Shown here in pieces: positions 1 to 12,984 of a stretch of 64,000 nucleotides of DNA. Position numbers and translations under genes: made by a program. A model generated the notes under the pieces. It had not been told where the DNA came from. It saw nothing but the letters and a program-made list of their open reading frames with translations, and made no database searches. Position 1 is the first letter of the stretch, and every line of letters begins with the position of its first letter. This DNA is from Octopus vulgaris (taxonomy: Eukaryota), in contig OX597828.1 of assembly GCA_951406725.2 (NCBI GenBank), forward strand, positions 66,464,001 through 66,528,000. The letters are read 5' to 3'.

Positions 1-1511
1 GTACTATTTAATATTCTTTTTATTTGTGTATTGAGAAAGGAGATTTTCTTGACCCCTCTCATTGTATATTCTTTTTTTAGTTGTTTCATCTTTATTTTTA
101 TTTTTTCTAAGTTAGCTTGGCATATAACATTAGATGCAGCATGTCTTTGTTTCCATGGCATTGAACATATGTGAGACACCTCTCTCCTTGTGGATAGAAT
201 ATAAATCTAATGTATCACCTGCTGCATCAGGTATCATCCAAGCTGAAAGCTCCCTTGCTGTAGGTTTTCATTTTATTCAGAATCTTATTATCAATGTGAT
301 CTTCTAAGTTGATTATTTTATTGATACTTACACATGGAACTTCATATCATTTCGAGTCATATTTGATACGAAATGAAGTATAATCTTCATATATACCGAT
401 TCTCATTCACTGCCTTTCTTATTTTTGTTAATAGGAAAAAAAAAAAAAAAGCTTAAATGGAATTTGTCTACCAGAAATTAAAGTGTTAAAACGGCAACAA
501 TTTTATCACTTTGCAGAAAGAATATGGTTTTTCTTTAAAAGAAAAATAAAGACATTTACAAAAGCTTCCTTTTAGGAAGTCTTATCTTCAAACATTCTCT
601 TACATCAACTAACATCTGGGATTTATTCTCTTACCTTTTTATCTGTTTTCAAATTGAATGAAAAGCACTTAATTTTCCCCCAAATACTGTTCTATATTAC
701 TAGTATTTTTTCTTTCTGTTAGCATCTTAACTATTTCTCTCGGGTTGTAGTTAGTATGATCTAATTGAATGATGAATGGTTTCTGCTAATGTATATAGTA
801 GTAGCATAACAATAAAATATCAGAGTAACTTAATGTAAGTGACATTGTGTTAAGTAAATTTTAGGTTGTCTTGGATTGTCGGTGCAAAACTATTTATTAC
901 TCTTTGCAATTTATATTTACTGATAGAACCTTTTAAAATTTTGGGTTTTCTGTCTTCATTGATTCTGAGTATGGAATATGGAAAATGATTTTAACAAGGC
1001 TGTGAGAAGCAAGAAAATTTAACATTTTAGGCATGTTACATTTTCTTTGATTACAAACTTTCTGTACACATCATAGAGGACTCTACGATTTTGTTAGCAT
1101 ATCGTAAAACACTTGAAATTCTTTGCCAAAATAAATACAACAAAAGAATATTCAACTTATGCTGAGAATAATATAAATTTGTAATCTTCACTGGCCATTG
1201 TTTCTTTGTGGCGTTGAGGATATTAAAATAGTCATGACATTTTAAAAGTTGTCTATATTTTTTGTTTCTATTATTATGAAAAAAGGCCTTAATATTTCTG
1301 TCATATTTGTTTTAACCCATTCATCATCTTAGAGTTTTTGGTTTTTTTTTTTTGTTGGGTCTTTTTAATTAGTGAGAACTGCTTATATATCTTAATATCA
1401 AAGCTTTTACTTTTATATACTTTATAAGATAATGTTTCATAGAACAAAGCAATTGTTTTTATTTATTGCATTCATAATTGAAATTTGCCATACATAAAAA
1501 TTAAAAATAAC

Positions 1512-1947
1512 GGATCTTTTCGATTTGAACAGCAGTTTTTTTCTAGCGGTGTCATATGAAATTGTCACTCATAATTATGACCCTAGTATCGATCTGTTGC
1601 ATTTCAATCTGTTTTAAGGTTAGGGGTGGAGGAAGGGTATCATTTTTTTCTTCAGAAATGTATCATTTTTTTCTTCAGAAATGTAAATAAACCCAATCTG
1701 TTTCTTAAACGAGGGACATATTCATACAGCACAGAATGTTTTTTTAACTCAATAGACGTCATTGATTGGTTGAAATTGCTGAAATTGAAGAAAAAAAACA
1801 ACAAATATCTTACAAACTATAGAATTTTCTCAATAAAGTCAAGAGAAAAATATGTTTTATAAACACATTCTACCAGTATACGAAGTTTAACATTTTTTAG
1901 TTACCTAGAAATTATTTTAAAAACTGCCGTTCAAACCAAAAAGATCC
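1512..1947. mobile_element. Non-autonomous TIR element with GG termini and 8-bp TSD (Merlin-like assignment tentative)
   Basis: ~29-bp TIRs GGATCTTTTCGATTTGAACAGCAGTTTTT / AAAAACTGCCGTTCAAACCAAAAAGATCC. AAAATAAC duplicated at 1504-1511 and 1948-1955. Confidence 0.85.
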
Positions 1948-2160
1948 AAAATAACTGTTAAGGCTTTTGTCAGTTTTCTTTAATTTGGTACTACTTATGA
2001 TAAAACTCACCCTTCGACCCTCTAAAGCTGCAATAGAAGTGGGGTATCATCCATTGATTTGTTACTGATGGGGAAGGAATGTATTCAGTTTAGAGTGCAT
2101 ATATAGTTGTCACCAACATTATATCTAAAGCCTTCTCTCTTCAGCTTATGGAATCCTTAT

Positions 2161-2389
2161 TTAACCCATTTGTTACCATATTTCTATTGAGATGTTCTGA
2201 GTTTCTTTCAATTACTTTAAATGTAACAAAGAATTTAGTAAAATAACTTAGTTATCATTAAGCTAGTGTTAGGAACATAAATTGTAGCTAAAGTTTGGTA
2301 GAAGATTTTAATTCAGAACTTTTGAAAACAAGACATTTATACTACAGAGCCAGAGGTGGTTCCAGCCGGGTTGGTATCAAAAGGGTTAA
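2161..2389. mobile_element. TTAA-flanked piggyBac-like MITE, family D
   Basis: TTAACCC...GGGTTAA ends; homologous inverted copies at 18160 and 50417. Confidence 0.85.
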
Positions 2390-2619
2390 TATCATAATCC
2401 ACATAATCCACATGCTTGGCTATTCTAGAAACAACTGTTTAAATTTAATTTTTTTTCCCTCAAGTGATGCCAAATGTTTTTGCTTTTACATTTTGTGTTT
2501 TAATTTGTATTTAAAGTGTGTATATGTATACAATTGAATCCTAATCAATAATTCTTTATTTTTGATTTATTATATTTCTGGAACTGTGCTAAATGCTCAT
2601 TCTTATTGACCACATCATC

Positions 2620-2910
2620 TGTTTTTGTTCCCCACTCATTATGTCTGTTAGCATGGGTTTTCTGGATCTGCTCCCACACTGTCTCTTGCAGTCTTATGTC
2701 ACCTTTGTGAGGCTTAAGCATCCTGAGATCAGCCCACATGACATCTTTGCATGTTTTCCTTTCTGGCAGATTCCTTCCACTCAGCCTATCTTCATCCAAC
2801 TTTCATTGTTCACACCAGCTGTCTTCTCACTCTTTCACACTAATCAAATTCCTTTTGTATTCATTTGTTCACACACTCTGACATTACGCATCAAGTGATG
2901 CATGCTTTTG
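2620..2910 (-). pseudogene. Degenerate RTE-clade LINE 3' fragment
   Basis: Minus-strand translation GRNLPERKTCKDVMWADLRML resembles the RTE C-terminus GRPRKTWxDVVxxDLRxL seen better preserved at 48880. Limits approximate. Confidence 0.5.
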
Positions 2911-3630
2911 TCAATCCATTCCAACATTCACACAATTTCTTCATTCAGTCCTATGTTGATTTACCATACAGCATCACTCTTTCTACTCAGACATCATATA
3001 ATTTGCTCTTTACTTGGAAAAATAATTCCTTTGTTGCTAGCAATTGTAACAGTTTCCTGAACCATTTCCAGTCTATTCTTAATCTGGGTGCTATGCTTTT
3101 GATGCACAGCTTTTGACTGCCAATTAAACAAGTTAGTTAACAGAAGTTGTTAACTATTTTCTAGGATGCCTTCTGAACGTTTGAAGAATATATTTTACAG
3201 GTGATCTTATTAGTAAATGCAAAGTCCTCTCTCAACCTGCCTATAATCAAATTGCAACTCTTGATACATGCACTAGGGGGAGCTAGGGGAGAGGAGATGA
3301 CTGACAGTGTAGGAAATGGGATGAGGTGGTGAAGAATAACAGAATAGAAATAATAATAATAAAAATGAATACAGAAGAAAGCGAGGATGTCTCATGCTAT
3401 CATCTGTTCTTGTGTAGGAATATTGGTCTCTTAAATTTTAGTTGAGTAAATTGGCCTCAGTACAATTTTTTTTAAAACTTGGTACTTATTCTCTCTGCCT
3501 CTTTTGTCGAACCACTCAGTCAAGGGAGTGTAAGCACACCAACACTAGTTGTCAAGTGGTAGTGGAGATAAACATAGAGACATGCACACTCAGATATATG
3601 TGTGTATATGTATGTGTGTGTGTGTGTGTG

Positions 3631-3668
<38 letters not shown>

Positions 3669-4560
3669 TATAATCTGAGTGTGTGTGCCATGTCTTATGT
3701 GTGAATTCTCCATTCATTCCTTTATCAAGTTTTTGTTTAAATGTTGAGGATTACATATATGATGGGCTTCTTTCAGGTTCTGTCTACTAAATCCACTCAC
3801 AAGACTGGTTGGTCTGAGGCTGTAATAGGAGACACTTGCTCAAGATGTCATGCAATGGGACTGAACCCAGGAATGTGGTTGAGAAGTAGACCTCTTAGCA
3901 CACGGTTACGCCTGCACCTATAGAGCGATATTTCAGTTTCAAACTTGTTAATTTATCAGTTTATGTTGAGACAGAACTGTTTCAATTTAAAAGTATTTCA
4001 AGAGATTACTTGAAAATCTAATTAAACATTTAGAATTGTTGAAAAAGCCGAAGATCTCCTGATGGTATGTATAAAACAAATAGAAAAAGTACAGAAGTCT
4101 AATTATTTCCTTTTTGCAAAGTTGTGCTGAGAAACATGATTGGAATTAATTTTACTAAAAGGCTGTAGAAATATCAACTTAAAATGATGTGTCTTTAAAA
4201 TTTATCAGTATAAAACAAATAGAAAATAAGTCATTTGAACAAGTTGATTAGTTTACACTTGTCAGTGGTGAATCTTAGTAATTGGCTTTTATCTCATTTA
4301 CAAATGACAGCTGATGAATGAGTTCATTTATCACACACGCACACATGAAACCAATGTGGAGATATTTTAAACTGATTTGAATTTGCCTCTTAGTTGTCAT
4401 GCAAAAAGATTCAGAGACAAGCAGCGGTAATTGAGATTTAGCAAGAAAGCTGACTTTGGATAAAACAGTGTCCGTAGAAATTTACCTTAAATACACACCA
4501 AGTTTGTAGTTTTGCAAGGATTATTTATTGCATGAACATTAAAAAATGTAACAATTTTTT

Positions 4561-4845
4561 GCCAACCTAATGTGGCAGTCCCATTTAGGGGCGAATGCTA
4601 CTATTGTTTAGCCATCTCAGCCAAAGAGTTATTCTGTGCCTAGGAAGGGAAATAACCCAGAAACCATACGGTCTACAGATACTGCTTTGTGCTGGGTGGG
4701 GGTGCTAACCTCCCCTGTTTGAAAATATAAGGACACAGATTGTGTGTCATATAGCCAGCCGGAGACAATGTCTCCGGGGGGGCTAAACAACAGTTACATT
4801 GGCAAGTGCTGCTACTGAATATCTCTCGTTGAGAGGTTTAGGGAC
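4561..4845 (+). mobile_element. Hairpin-rich, tRNA-less non-autonomous retroelement (RTE-type leader and tail)
   Basis: Near-identical flanks AACAATTTTT (4550) / AACAATGTTT (4846), overlapping an ACAACAA tail. Multiple internal stems; GC-rich relative to background. Confidence 0.55.
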
Positions 4846-4987
4846 AACAATGTTTCTATTTCATTAAATAATGATTTATTAAATAAACATAAGATAGATA
4901 AATGCGGCAATTCAAACATTGGTTTCCCACCTGTGATGCCGGAGACAAGTGTTTGATTCCTGGGTGAAGCTGGGTACAGCATGTACA

Positions 4988-5152
4988 GAGGTGCAAGTGT
5001 GACTCTGTGGTAAGAAGTTTACTTTCCAACCACATGGTTCCTGGTTCAGTTCCATTGAGTGGCACTTTGGGCAGGTGTCTTCCACTGTAGCTCTGGACCA
5101 ACCAAAGCCTTGTGAATGGATTTGGTAGACAGAAACTGAAAGAAGTCTTTTG

Positions 5153-5193
<41 letters not shown>

Positions 5194-5250
5194 TTGTGTG
5201 TGTTTATGTTTGTCCTCCACCTCCCCTTGACAATCAGTGTTGGTTTGTTT
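4988..5250 (+). mobile_element. tRNA-derived CORE-like SINE, family B (3' truncated)
   Basis: A/B-box-like head (TGTGGTAAG...GGTTCAGTTCC), CACTTTGGGCAGGTGTCTTC core, (CA)n hinge. Confidence 0.75.
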
Positions 5251-6001
5251 AATTGTTTCAATTATGTTCCAAAGAGAAAATAAGTCATCAGCAACTACTT
5301 TATAAGTACTTTCTAATACCTGGTACATGTAAACAAGTCTTGCTGCTATTTCAGCTTCTATAGAAATTATTGATCTTACTGGTATGGTACCCTTGTTCAT
5401 CTGGAGCAATGTACTTGATATCCTGAAACTCACCTCTTTGCAGTGCCTCATCGTAATATTCAGTATTGTTTGAAAATTTGTTTGCTAATAATTTAGAGAT
5501 TGTAAGGGAAATATTTCTAACTAGATATGTCTAACATGGATCTAAGATGATTAGATAATCAGTGTATGTAGTGTAAATTTTTGTTTGGTTTATGGTAAGC
5601 ATCTATTTAAAAAGTACCATTAAGAAAATGTGTCATTTTGGTATTAGCACTGAAGAGATAGAAAGATGATAATTTTGAAAGAATCTAGTCTTTTATGAAG
5701 CCTTTCTAAGGGGAAAGGTTTATAGTCTTCTACAGCTAGTACAGCACCTTCCCTTTATAATCCTTCATCAATTGTATGTATGTATGTATATATATGACAA
5801 TATAGTAGTTGCTGATATCAAACTGATTGAATGAGGTGCTTCTCTCATGTTTTGTTTTCTATATATACTCTTCTGTACAGCACTGAAACCTGAGATTCAT
5901 TATAAAGGATACAAATATAATACACATGATGTTCTAAATACTGGTTATTTATTGCGCAATGTAAGGTTTAAATTACACTGAGTGTATATACACACACATA
6001 A

Positions 6002-6288
6002 CTTAGTGGTTAGGGTGTTGCACTCACAGTCTAGCGATTGTGATTTCAATTGCTAGACCTGGTTGTGCATTGTGTTCTTGAGCAAAACACTTCATCTCAC
6101 GTTGCTCTGCGATCACTTTGACACCTGATGCGTGGTACACTGTGCACCTGCTCAGACAATGTTGATTTGATGGAGAGTGAGCAAGCTAATATGCAGCATG
6201 ATGAGCATTTGATCACCATAAATAAATCATTTGGGCTAGTTGTTCAGCAGAAGCTGAGTGATTATGCATCATCCTTGATCGGAGAGTC
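6002..6288 (+). mobile_element. tRNA-derived SINE, family G
   Basis: CTTAGTGGTTAG head and TGTGTTCTTGAGCAAAACACTT core; homologous inverted copy at 24662-24960. Confidence 0.7.
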
Positions 6289-6503
6289 CATCATCGTTTA
6301 ACGTCCGTTTTCCATGCTAGCATGGGTTGGACGGTTCGAAAGGGGGTCTGGGAAGCCAGGAGGCTGCACCAGGCTCCAGTCTGATCTGGCAGTGTTCTAC
6401 AGCTGGATGCCCTTCCTAATGCCAACCACTCTGTGAGTGTAGTGGGTGCTTTTTACGTGCCACCCGCACAGGTGCCAGGGGAGGCTGGGAACGGCCACGA
6501 TCG
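6289..6503 (-). mobile_element. RTE-tail retroposon, family F (5' truncated)
   Basis: (CAT)n tail at the left; reverse complement of 6810-7024. Confidence 0.85.
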
Positions 6504-6599
6504 AATAATTCCTACTTTGAATAGTGGTCCTTGCTATAAAAAATAGCATATAAATATTGAGTTGAAAATCCCATTTGGAATGAAAATGTTGAAGGTTTC

Positions 6600-7030
6600 C
6601 TGGCACGTAAAATACTCCAATCCGACCGTACGACAGGCACCCATGCCAACCCCCTTTGCTTGTGAAGACATGTTGGGGCAAGCGAAATCGAATTGAACCA
6701 GCCAGGATCCCTGGTCTGGTGGTACGTAAAAAGCACTATCCGACTCGTGGCCGATGCCAGCACCGCCTCGACTGGCTTCCGTGCCGGTGGCACATAAAAT
6801 ACACCAATCCGACCGTGGCCGTTGCCAGCCTCGCCTGGCACCTGTGCAGGTGGCACGTAAAAAGCACCCACTACACTCACGGAGTGGTTGGCGTTAGGAA
6901 GGGCATCCAGCTGTAGAAACATTGCCAGATTAGACTGGAGCCTGGTGCAGCCTTCTGGCTTCCCAGAACCCCAGTCGAACCGTCCAACCCATGCTAGCAT
7001 GGAGAACGGACGTTAAACGATGATGATGAT
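6600..7030 (+). mobile_element. RTE-tail retroposon, family F
   Basis: GGAAGGGCATCCAGCTGTAGAAAC...CATGCTAGCATGG...GTTAAAC(GAT)n 3' end. Other copies near 13635-13880, 14845-15045, 16525-16700(-), 17915-18100(-), 21075-21167, 22800-23013, 29610-29770, 36650-36890, 38783-38883, 46966-47100(-), 63560-63630. Confidence 0.85.
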
Positions 7031-7222
7031 ATTGAATATGTTTTATTTATTTGTTGTGTCAAATAGCATTTTTTTCTTGTTCAGATAAATCTGTTAAATT
7101 ATAAAATAGAAAGTCCTATTTTAAACTACAAACTTATTCTATCCTTCAATACATTGTCCCTTGTTACACATTGCTCTTCCTCTTGAATTTTGTTCTGTGC
7201 CTCTTGAACATATTTACAAGCA

Positions 7223-7445
7223 TTAACCCTTTTGCATTCAGATCATTGTCAAATGTAAAGCTTATTTATTCACATTGTTTTCAATGAATCCTGCATTATT
7301 TCATAGCTTCAAGATTTTGATGTGATTCTTTATTTTTAGAATGATATTGTAGGATAGGTATGAGACATTGGATCTCGTCGATTTGAACATAAAATGAGTA
7401 GAATATTTGAGCTGGATATGGCCAGTTTAAATGCTAAATGGTTTA
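7223..7445. mobile_element. TTAA-flanked piggyBac-like MITE, family C
   Basis: TTAACCCTTTTGCATT start and degenerate AATGCTAAATGGTTTA end; about a dozen full or partial homologous copies in the window. Confidence 0.8.
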
Positions 7446-7647
7446 GTTAAAGTTATCCCTGCACTTGCATTAAAGTGATATGTTACTAGTTGAATATAAT
7501 TTAGAACATCCATACCTGTTAAGCTGAAGAAATACTGAAATGCTTTTCTTTGCTTAAGCATTAATGGTTATCATATATATTTTACTAGCTTTATCAGACA
7601 TTTCTATCATCACTATAAATGTAAGCATATTTATATCACAGGTCAGT

Positions 7648-7874
7648 TTAACCCATTAGCATTCAGATTATTCTGTCAAATATAATATTTATTCATCCAT
7701 ATTGTTTTAGGCTAATCATGCATTATTTCGTAGCTTTAAGATTTCAATGATGTTATCACCTGTTTTTAGATTGACATTATAGGTTGGTGTGAGATACCAA
7801 ATCTGGGCAGTTTTAACAGAAAACAGGTAGATTATTTGGGACGGATATGGCTGGTTTAAACACTAAAGGGTTAA
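7648..7874. mobile_element. piggyBac-like MITE, family C
   Basis: TTAACCCATTAGCATT...AACACTAAAGGGTTAA. Confidence 0.85.
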
Positions 7875-10800
7875 TTAGCTTTTAGTTATAAGAATTTCAT
7901 TTAGCTGTGGCTGATCGAATTTGTCTATTTTACTCTCAACATTTTAGTTTGCTGTATTTTCTTCTAATTAATTTCTAATTGATTTACCTTTTGTTGAACC
8001 TTTTTCCTCCCCATTGTGTTTATCTTCTTGGTGAGAAATATTTCCTTTTGTGCAATTAAACTTGCAATATGTGGCATGCAATAATGCCTTTGAATAGTGT
8101 TTGAACTTATGACTGTTCAGTCATCGCCTCATGTTTATTTAATTGCTGATACTCATTGGTATACACACACACACACACACACACTAATATTGAACAGTGA
8201 GAATATGTGTTCAATATACACACGTTTATTTGTTTGCATGTATGTAACCAGGAAAATTAGCTCTGCTAGCAATAGAATATTAATTAAGCTCCTTCCTCCC
8301 TGTATTAAATTAGGTACTGTTTATAATTCCATTTGTTAAATTTTTGTTGTTATTTATTTCAGTTCTGGGATGTCATGTTTGCATTAATTAATATAATTTA
8401 TCAAGTTCAATCTTTAATTGACTTGTGTTTTTGGAAAGAAGCAATACACATGAGGTACAAATTCTTAGCCTTCACCATTTGTACTTTTCAGTTATTCTTG
8501 GAATAGATCATCTAACATTCAACCTTATTTTTTTTATCTAATAACACTTTCATTTTGAAAATTCCTTGCCATTTTTTAAATAAACCAATCAACCATTTCT
8601 TTTTCAATCAGAATTAAAAGAAATTCTAGCAGTTTTCATTACCTTATTCACTGTTTCATATTAGTCACTATATTCTGAAAATACATTTCTGATGGGTAGA
8701 TTTGAATTATTGTAAATGAAAGTTTGCTTCAAAATGACAGCTGTTGAAATTTATGTAACGATAGCTAATTACTTAATGGAAACTGTTGGGTTGTACTTAT
8801 GATGTTATAATATAGACACTTTTGTCTGAGGATTATGACAAGTGTCTTACAGTTGAATAACTATAGCTACTTCCACAAAATTAGCCTTTTAGCATAGTAG
8901 AACTGTTGATTATTATTCTAATTATTTTTATGTTTATAAATATTACAACACGGTAGCTCTTGTTCAGTATAAATATGAAGTTTGTTATGTAAGAACTTTT
9001 ATTGTTATAGAAGTAGGACAGTGGATTGGTAAAATTAGCAAAGCAGTTGGTCAACAAAATGCTATTAGTTATGTATCAAAACATTCTGAATTTTAATTCC
9101 ACGAAGGTTGTTGACTTTGCCTTTCATTTTTCTGGAGTCGCAAAGGTTGATCTAATTGACTATGCTGATAATTTAAGTGTGAGGTGTTGTGCATCTGGTA
9201 GAAATTAATTTGATTATGAAGTTTGGGAAGCAACGGTAATAATGACTGTTTCTTGCATCAGACTAATTTTCTTATTAGTCTGTGTTGTGAATTCAAACCC
9301 TGCAGCTTTCCATCTCCACAGATCCCCAGACTTGATAAAATAAGTAGTAAGCAAATGGCAATTCAATTAACTCCTCTACCCTTTTCTACAACTTTATGAC
9401 ATTGTACCAATGTGAACAGTTATTATTTGTATTAACATTGCTATCATATTAAATATAATTTGGCAATAAATACACACGTAAGCTTAAAATAGATATAGGT
9501 GGGTCTGTCTTAGCTTCTGACCTTGTTAATATAAAAGTAGGTGTTTTAAAATGTCAACAACAAGACTCCATGGAATGTTTTACAACAAATTTGGTACTGT
9601 TCATTATTGGGTCACTGTTTATGCACACTGGCTGTTGTCTTGCAACAGCTGTGGGACTGAGTATAGATTGTATTCTAGAATATACTAACTACCGATTTCT
9701 GTTGTCCAATGGATTCTCAGTGACAGGTTATTTTATAGATTAATCTGAAGAGTTTTCATGGAAGAAAGATTGCTGTGTGAATTTTTCGATGGGTTTTGCA
9801 TAGTTTGTCATCATGGCCATTTATTAAGACAACAAAGGCATAACAAGAAATTGTACAAATTGATTTGAACCCTAACATATTTTTATTTTGAACTTAAAAA
9901 ATATTGTTAATAAATGTCTCTTCAGGTTTCCAAGTGAAAAAAATAAATATTATCAAGTAATGTCACAGTTATTCTCTCAAATGAGAACAACAGTAACAAT
10001 ATGACATGCAATTAAAAACCAACAAATTGGTTTTTAAGTGGTCTATAAATGGTAGTTATAATGACATTCTCATGACTGCCACTGTTGAATAAAACCTGGA
10101 AATATAGTCACAACCATTCAGAGTTAATTATTACATCAAGATAATGTTGTTTCAAGATCACAGTTGTGTATAACATGAAGATCAAGATTTTTTTAACACA
10201 CAAACATGCATCAACTTATAAACATGAGCACATACATACATACATGAACTCTTAGTACTAAGTTGAAACTATATCATGGTTCACGTGTGCTGCATCTAGT
10301 TCTACTATTTATGCTTACACTTATCTACATTTATATATTTGTCCAGCTCTCTGTTGATTGTGACACACAACTGCCATTAAATTCATTTATGCCTTGCAGA
10401 GTTTACATTATTGAGTTTATATCAGAAAGGAGTGAACTTAAGTGTCAGTCATTTAATTTAAGTACTGGCATTTATATTTATTATGTTTCTGATAAATAAA
10501 TTGTTAACTGTCTTCCAGCACTTCTTTAGCTACACTTAGGCTTTGTAGAATCAATAGTATTTTTCTATTAGAATATGAAGAATTCATTGTATTTGAGAAG
10601 TATGAACTTGTTAGCAAAGCACTGCTTCAATAAAACATTTTCAAGCTTAGTAGCAAAATTCATAAGTTAGATCTGTCAGTTCACTTATTCTATTGTTTCA
10701 CACTGATGGTAGTTGTAACCGTGTATGCAGGGAAAACAAATTCTTTTATTGTAGAGAAGTGTTCACTATAGCTTCTGAAAATATATAAGCACTTGAAATA

Positions 10801-12984
10801 TTTCTTGCACTGAGACTATGTATTCTCTACACATTAATATTATTACAACTGACTAAACATTAAAGTTTTCTATTCCTTCAGACATTCTATTTTAGTGAGT
10901 CCACTGCCACTCTCAGCTGCCTGTCATTCTCAATTCTATTAAATATATTTTACACTGATTATATCTCCTGTGTTCGTGGCAAGAATTTATTTTGACTCAA
11001 CTTCACTTTGCATAAAGTAATGTTTACATTTTCTCACACTTCCGAATATTTCTGTATTTTACAATATTTAAGGGAATAATTTGTAGTCACTTCATGCATG
11101 TAACGCACCATGACTGCCCCAGCTTCATGCAGAGTTACTCTAAGAATTAACCAAAAGACAAGATATTGTCAATGTATTCTAAAGTGTAACCTCCCTTGCA
11201 AACCTCTGTATATCTTGTTTCTTTGCAATACATCATCAATACTGAAATCTTGGTGAAACTTGTACATGGTGTGTGGAGGGTGGTGGTAATGCTGCCCAAT
11301 AAATATTATTTATGTTCTTTAATACCATTGGTGTCATGGGCTTCACATCTGACTGGCTTGTTTCACAGGTCACATAAAATAGATCAAAATTGTTTTGTAA
11401 TGTTTTCCCCATTCAATTTACTATCAAAGAAAGTCTATTCATTTTGTTGTCACTTTTTAAAAGTGGATTTAGTTTCTTTTTGTTACCAGTACATAGTTTT
11501 GAATTTGTACTCTTTTCAGAATTTATTTATAGATGTTTTACTTCGACATTTTGCACTTGAGTTTGAAATGAATCATTAATGCATAGATTATTTTAGAAAT
11601 ATACGCCTGAGTAATATTTTAATGGTTGACGGGAACTGTACAAACTGGTCTCCTGTATCAAAATAGTTTAACATTTTTGCCATTTATTTATTATGGGTAA
11701 ATTACTTTATATAAATTACTACTGACTAATAAAGTAAGAATTATCTACTTTGAGTTAAATCTTATGACAATTTAGAATTAACAATTTTTCTTTCCTCTGT
11801 CTTCCTGATTGAAAGTGAAATAGTGTTTCAAAATATATCAATGCTTATTAAGCTCTTGAATTTTTTTGCTTCAAGAGTATCTGAAATAACCAAAATAAGA
11901 GGAAATCATTTTTAAAATATGAGAAATAAGTTGTGAATTTGTTTTAATCTCTAAACTAGTCAATTAGCTAGGTTAAAATCACTAGATTTTATTCACTTTT
12001 GTTATGTTTTAGAGTTTCTTTGAGGGTTATTTTTAAAATGTGTCTGCATTTAGCTAAAATTCTATATCAAAGTGAAAACAGAAATAAGTTGATTTCCATT
12101 TCACTAAAAGATCTAGTCTATAGACTCTGGTGGTTTGTTGTTTTTTCGTTTCTTTATACAACACTGTTATGTTTCAATGAATTGATTTGATCAATAAACA
12201 GACGAGTAGCAATCTAAACAAACTAATGAGTTTTATGTTTGCTTTTAGTATTTAGTAAAGGATGCTTCAGAATATATTGTTTACATGACAACTATTTCAT
12301 CATCATATTGGTTTTATGTCAGAAGGGTCTACCGTATCACATCTTTACAGTATGTGCTGTATTTGTATCAATACCAATCTTTTGAGTTATATTGTGAGTT
12401 CTTATTCTTTCTTTGGTCAACTTTGGCCTCAGGTACTATTAAAGATGAATTTGCAGTACTTTATATTGATCCACTAAATCACATGTCAAAAGCATTACAA
12501 TTATTGCCACTCTAACATTTCTTTCTCATTCATGCACTTGCCTCACATATCCAGTTGTTTCTTCCTGAAAAATAGTCTACACTTTATTCTGTTGCTACTC
12601 AAATTTCAGTACCATTATTAATCGATTGCTTACCAAACCTACAGTGTAGTAACAATGACCTGGGTCAGAATGATCAATTAAAAAATGTCTAACCAATACT
12701 TTTTTTTTTATTGTTGTTTTAATTATTTAATTGTACGTCTTCCTTGGTTACAACTTTTGATGTTTGCTTATTTTATTTTAATCCCTTTGTTTTGTTTTTC
12801 TTTCATATATCCTACAATATTTTAATTTCACCTCATTCACGGCAGCAATTCACATCAGTTCACTGTAGCACTAGTTGTATTTTAAATTGGTGATATCATC
12901 TCACTATACAGTCTGTTCCTTTGATTGTAAAATATTGTCTCTTAAGAAGCAAACTACATGAAATTGGAAGAACAGTTATAAAAA

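Noticed and set aside
339-380. Short imperfect palindromes (also 3134-3156)
   Set aside because: AT-rich and short; expected by chance in 64 kb.
4856-5451. 179-aa and overlapping minus-strand ORFs
   Set aside because: Antisense reading of a family B SINE plus (CA)n; the same pseudo-peptide recurs at other copies.
6397-7000. ORFs of 86-162 aa
   Set aside because: Lie within non-coding family F repeat copies; no domain-like content.
9480-9885. Possible very old mariner remnant on the minus strand
   Set aside because: Only faint motif resemblance; I could not reconstruct diagnostic motifs or TIRs confidently.
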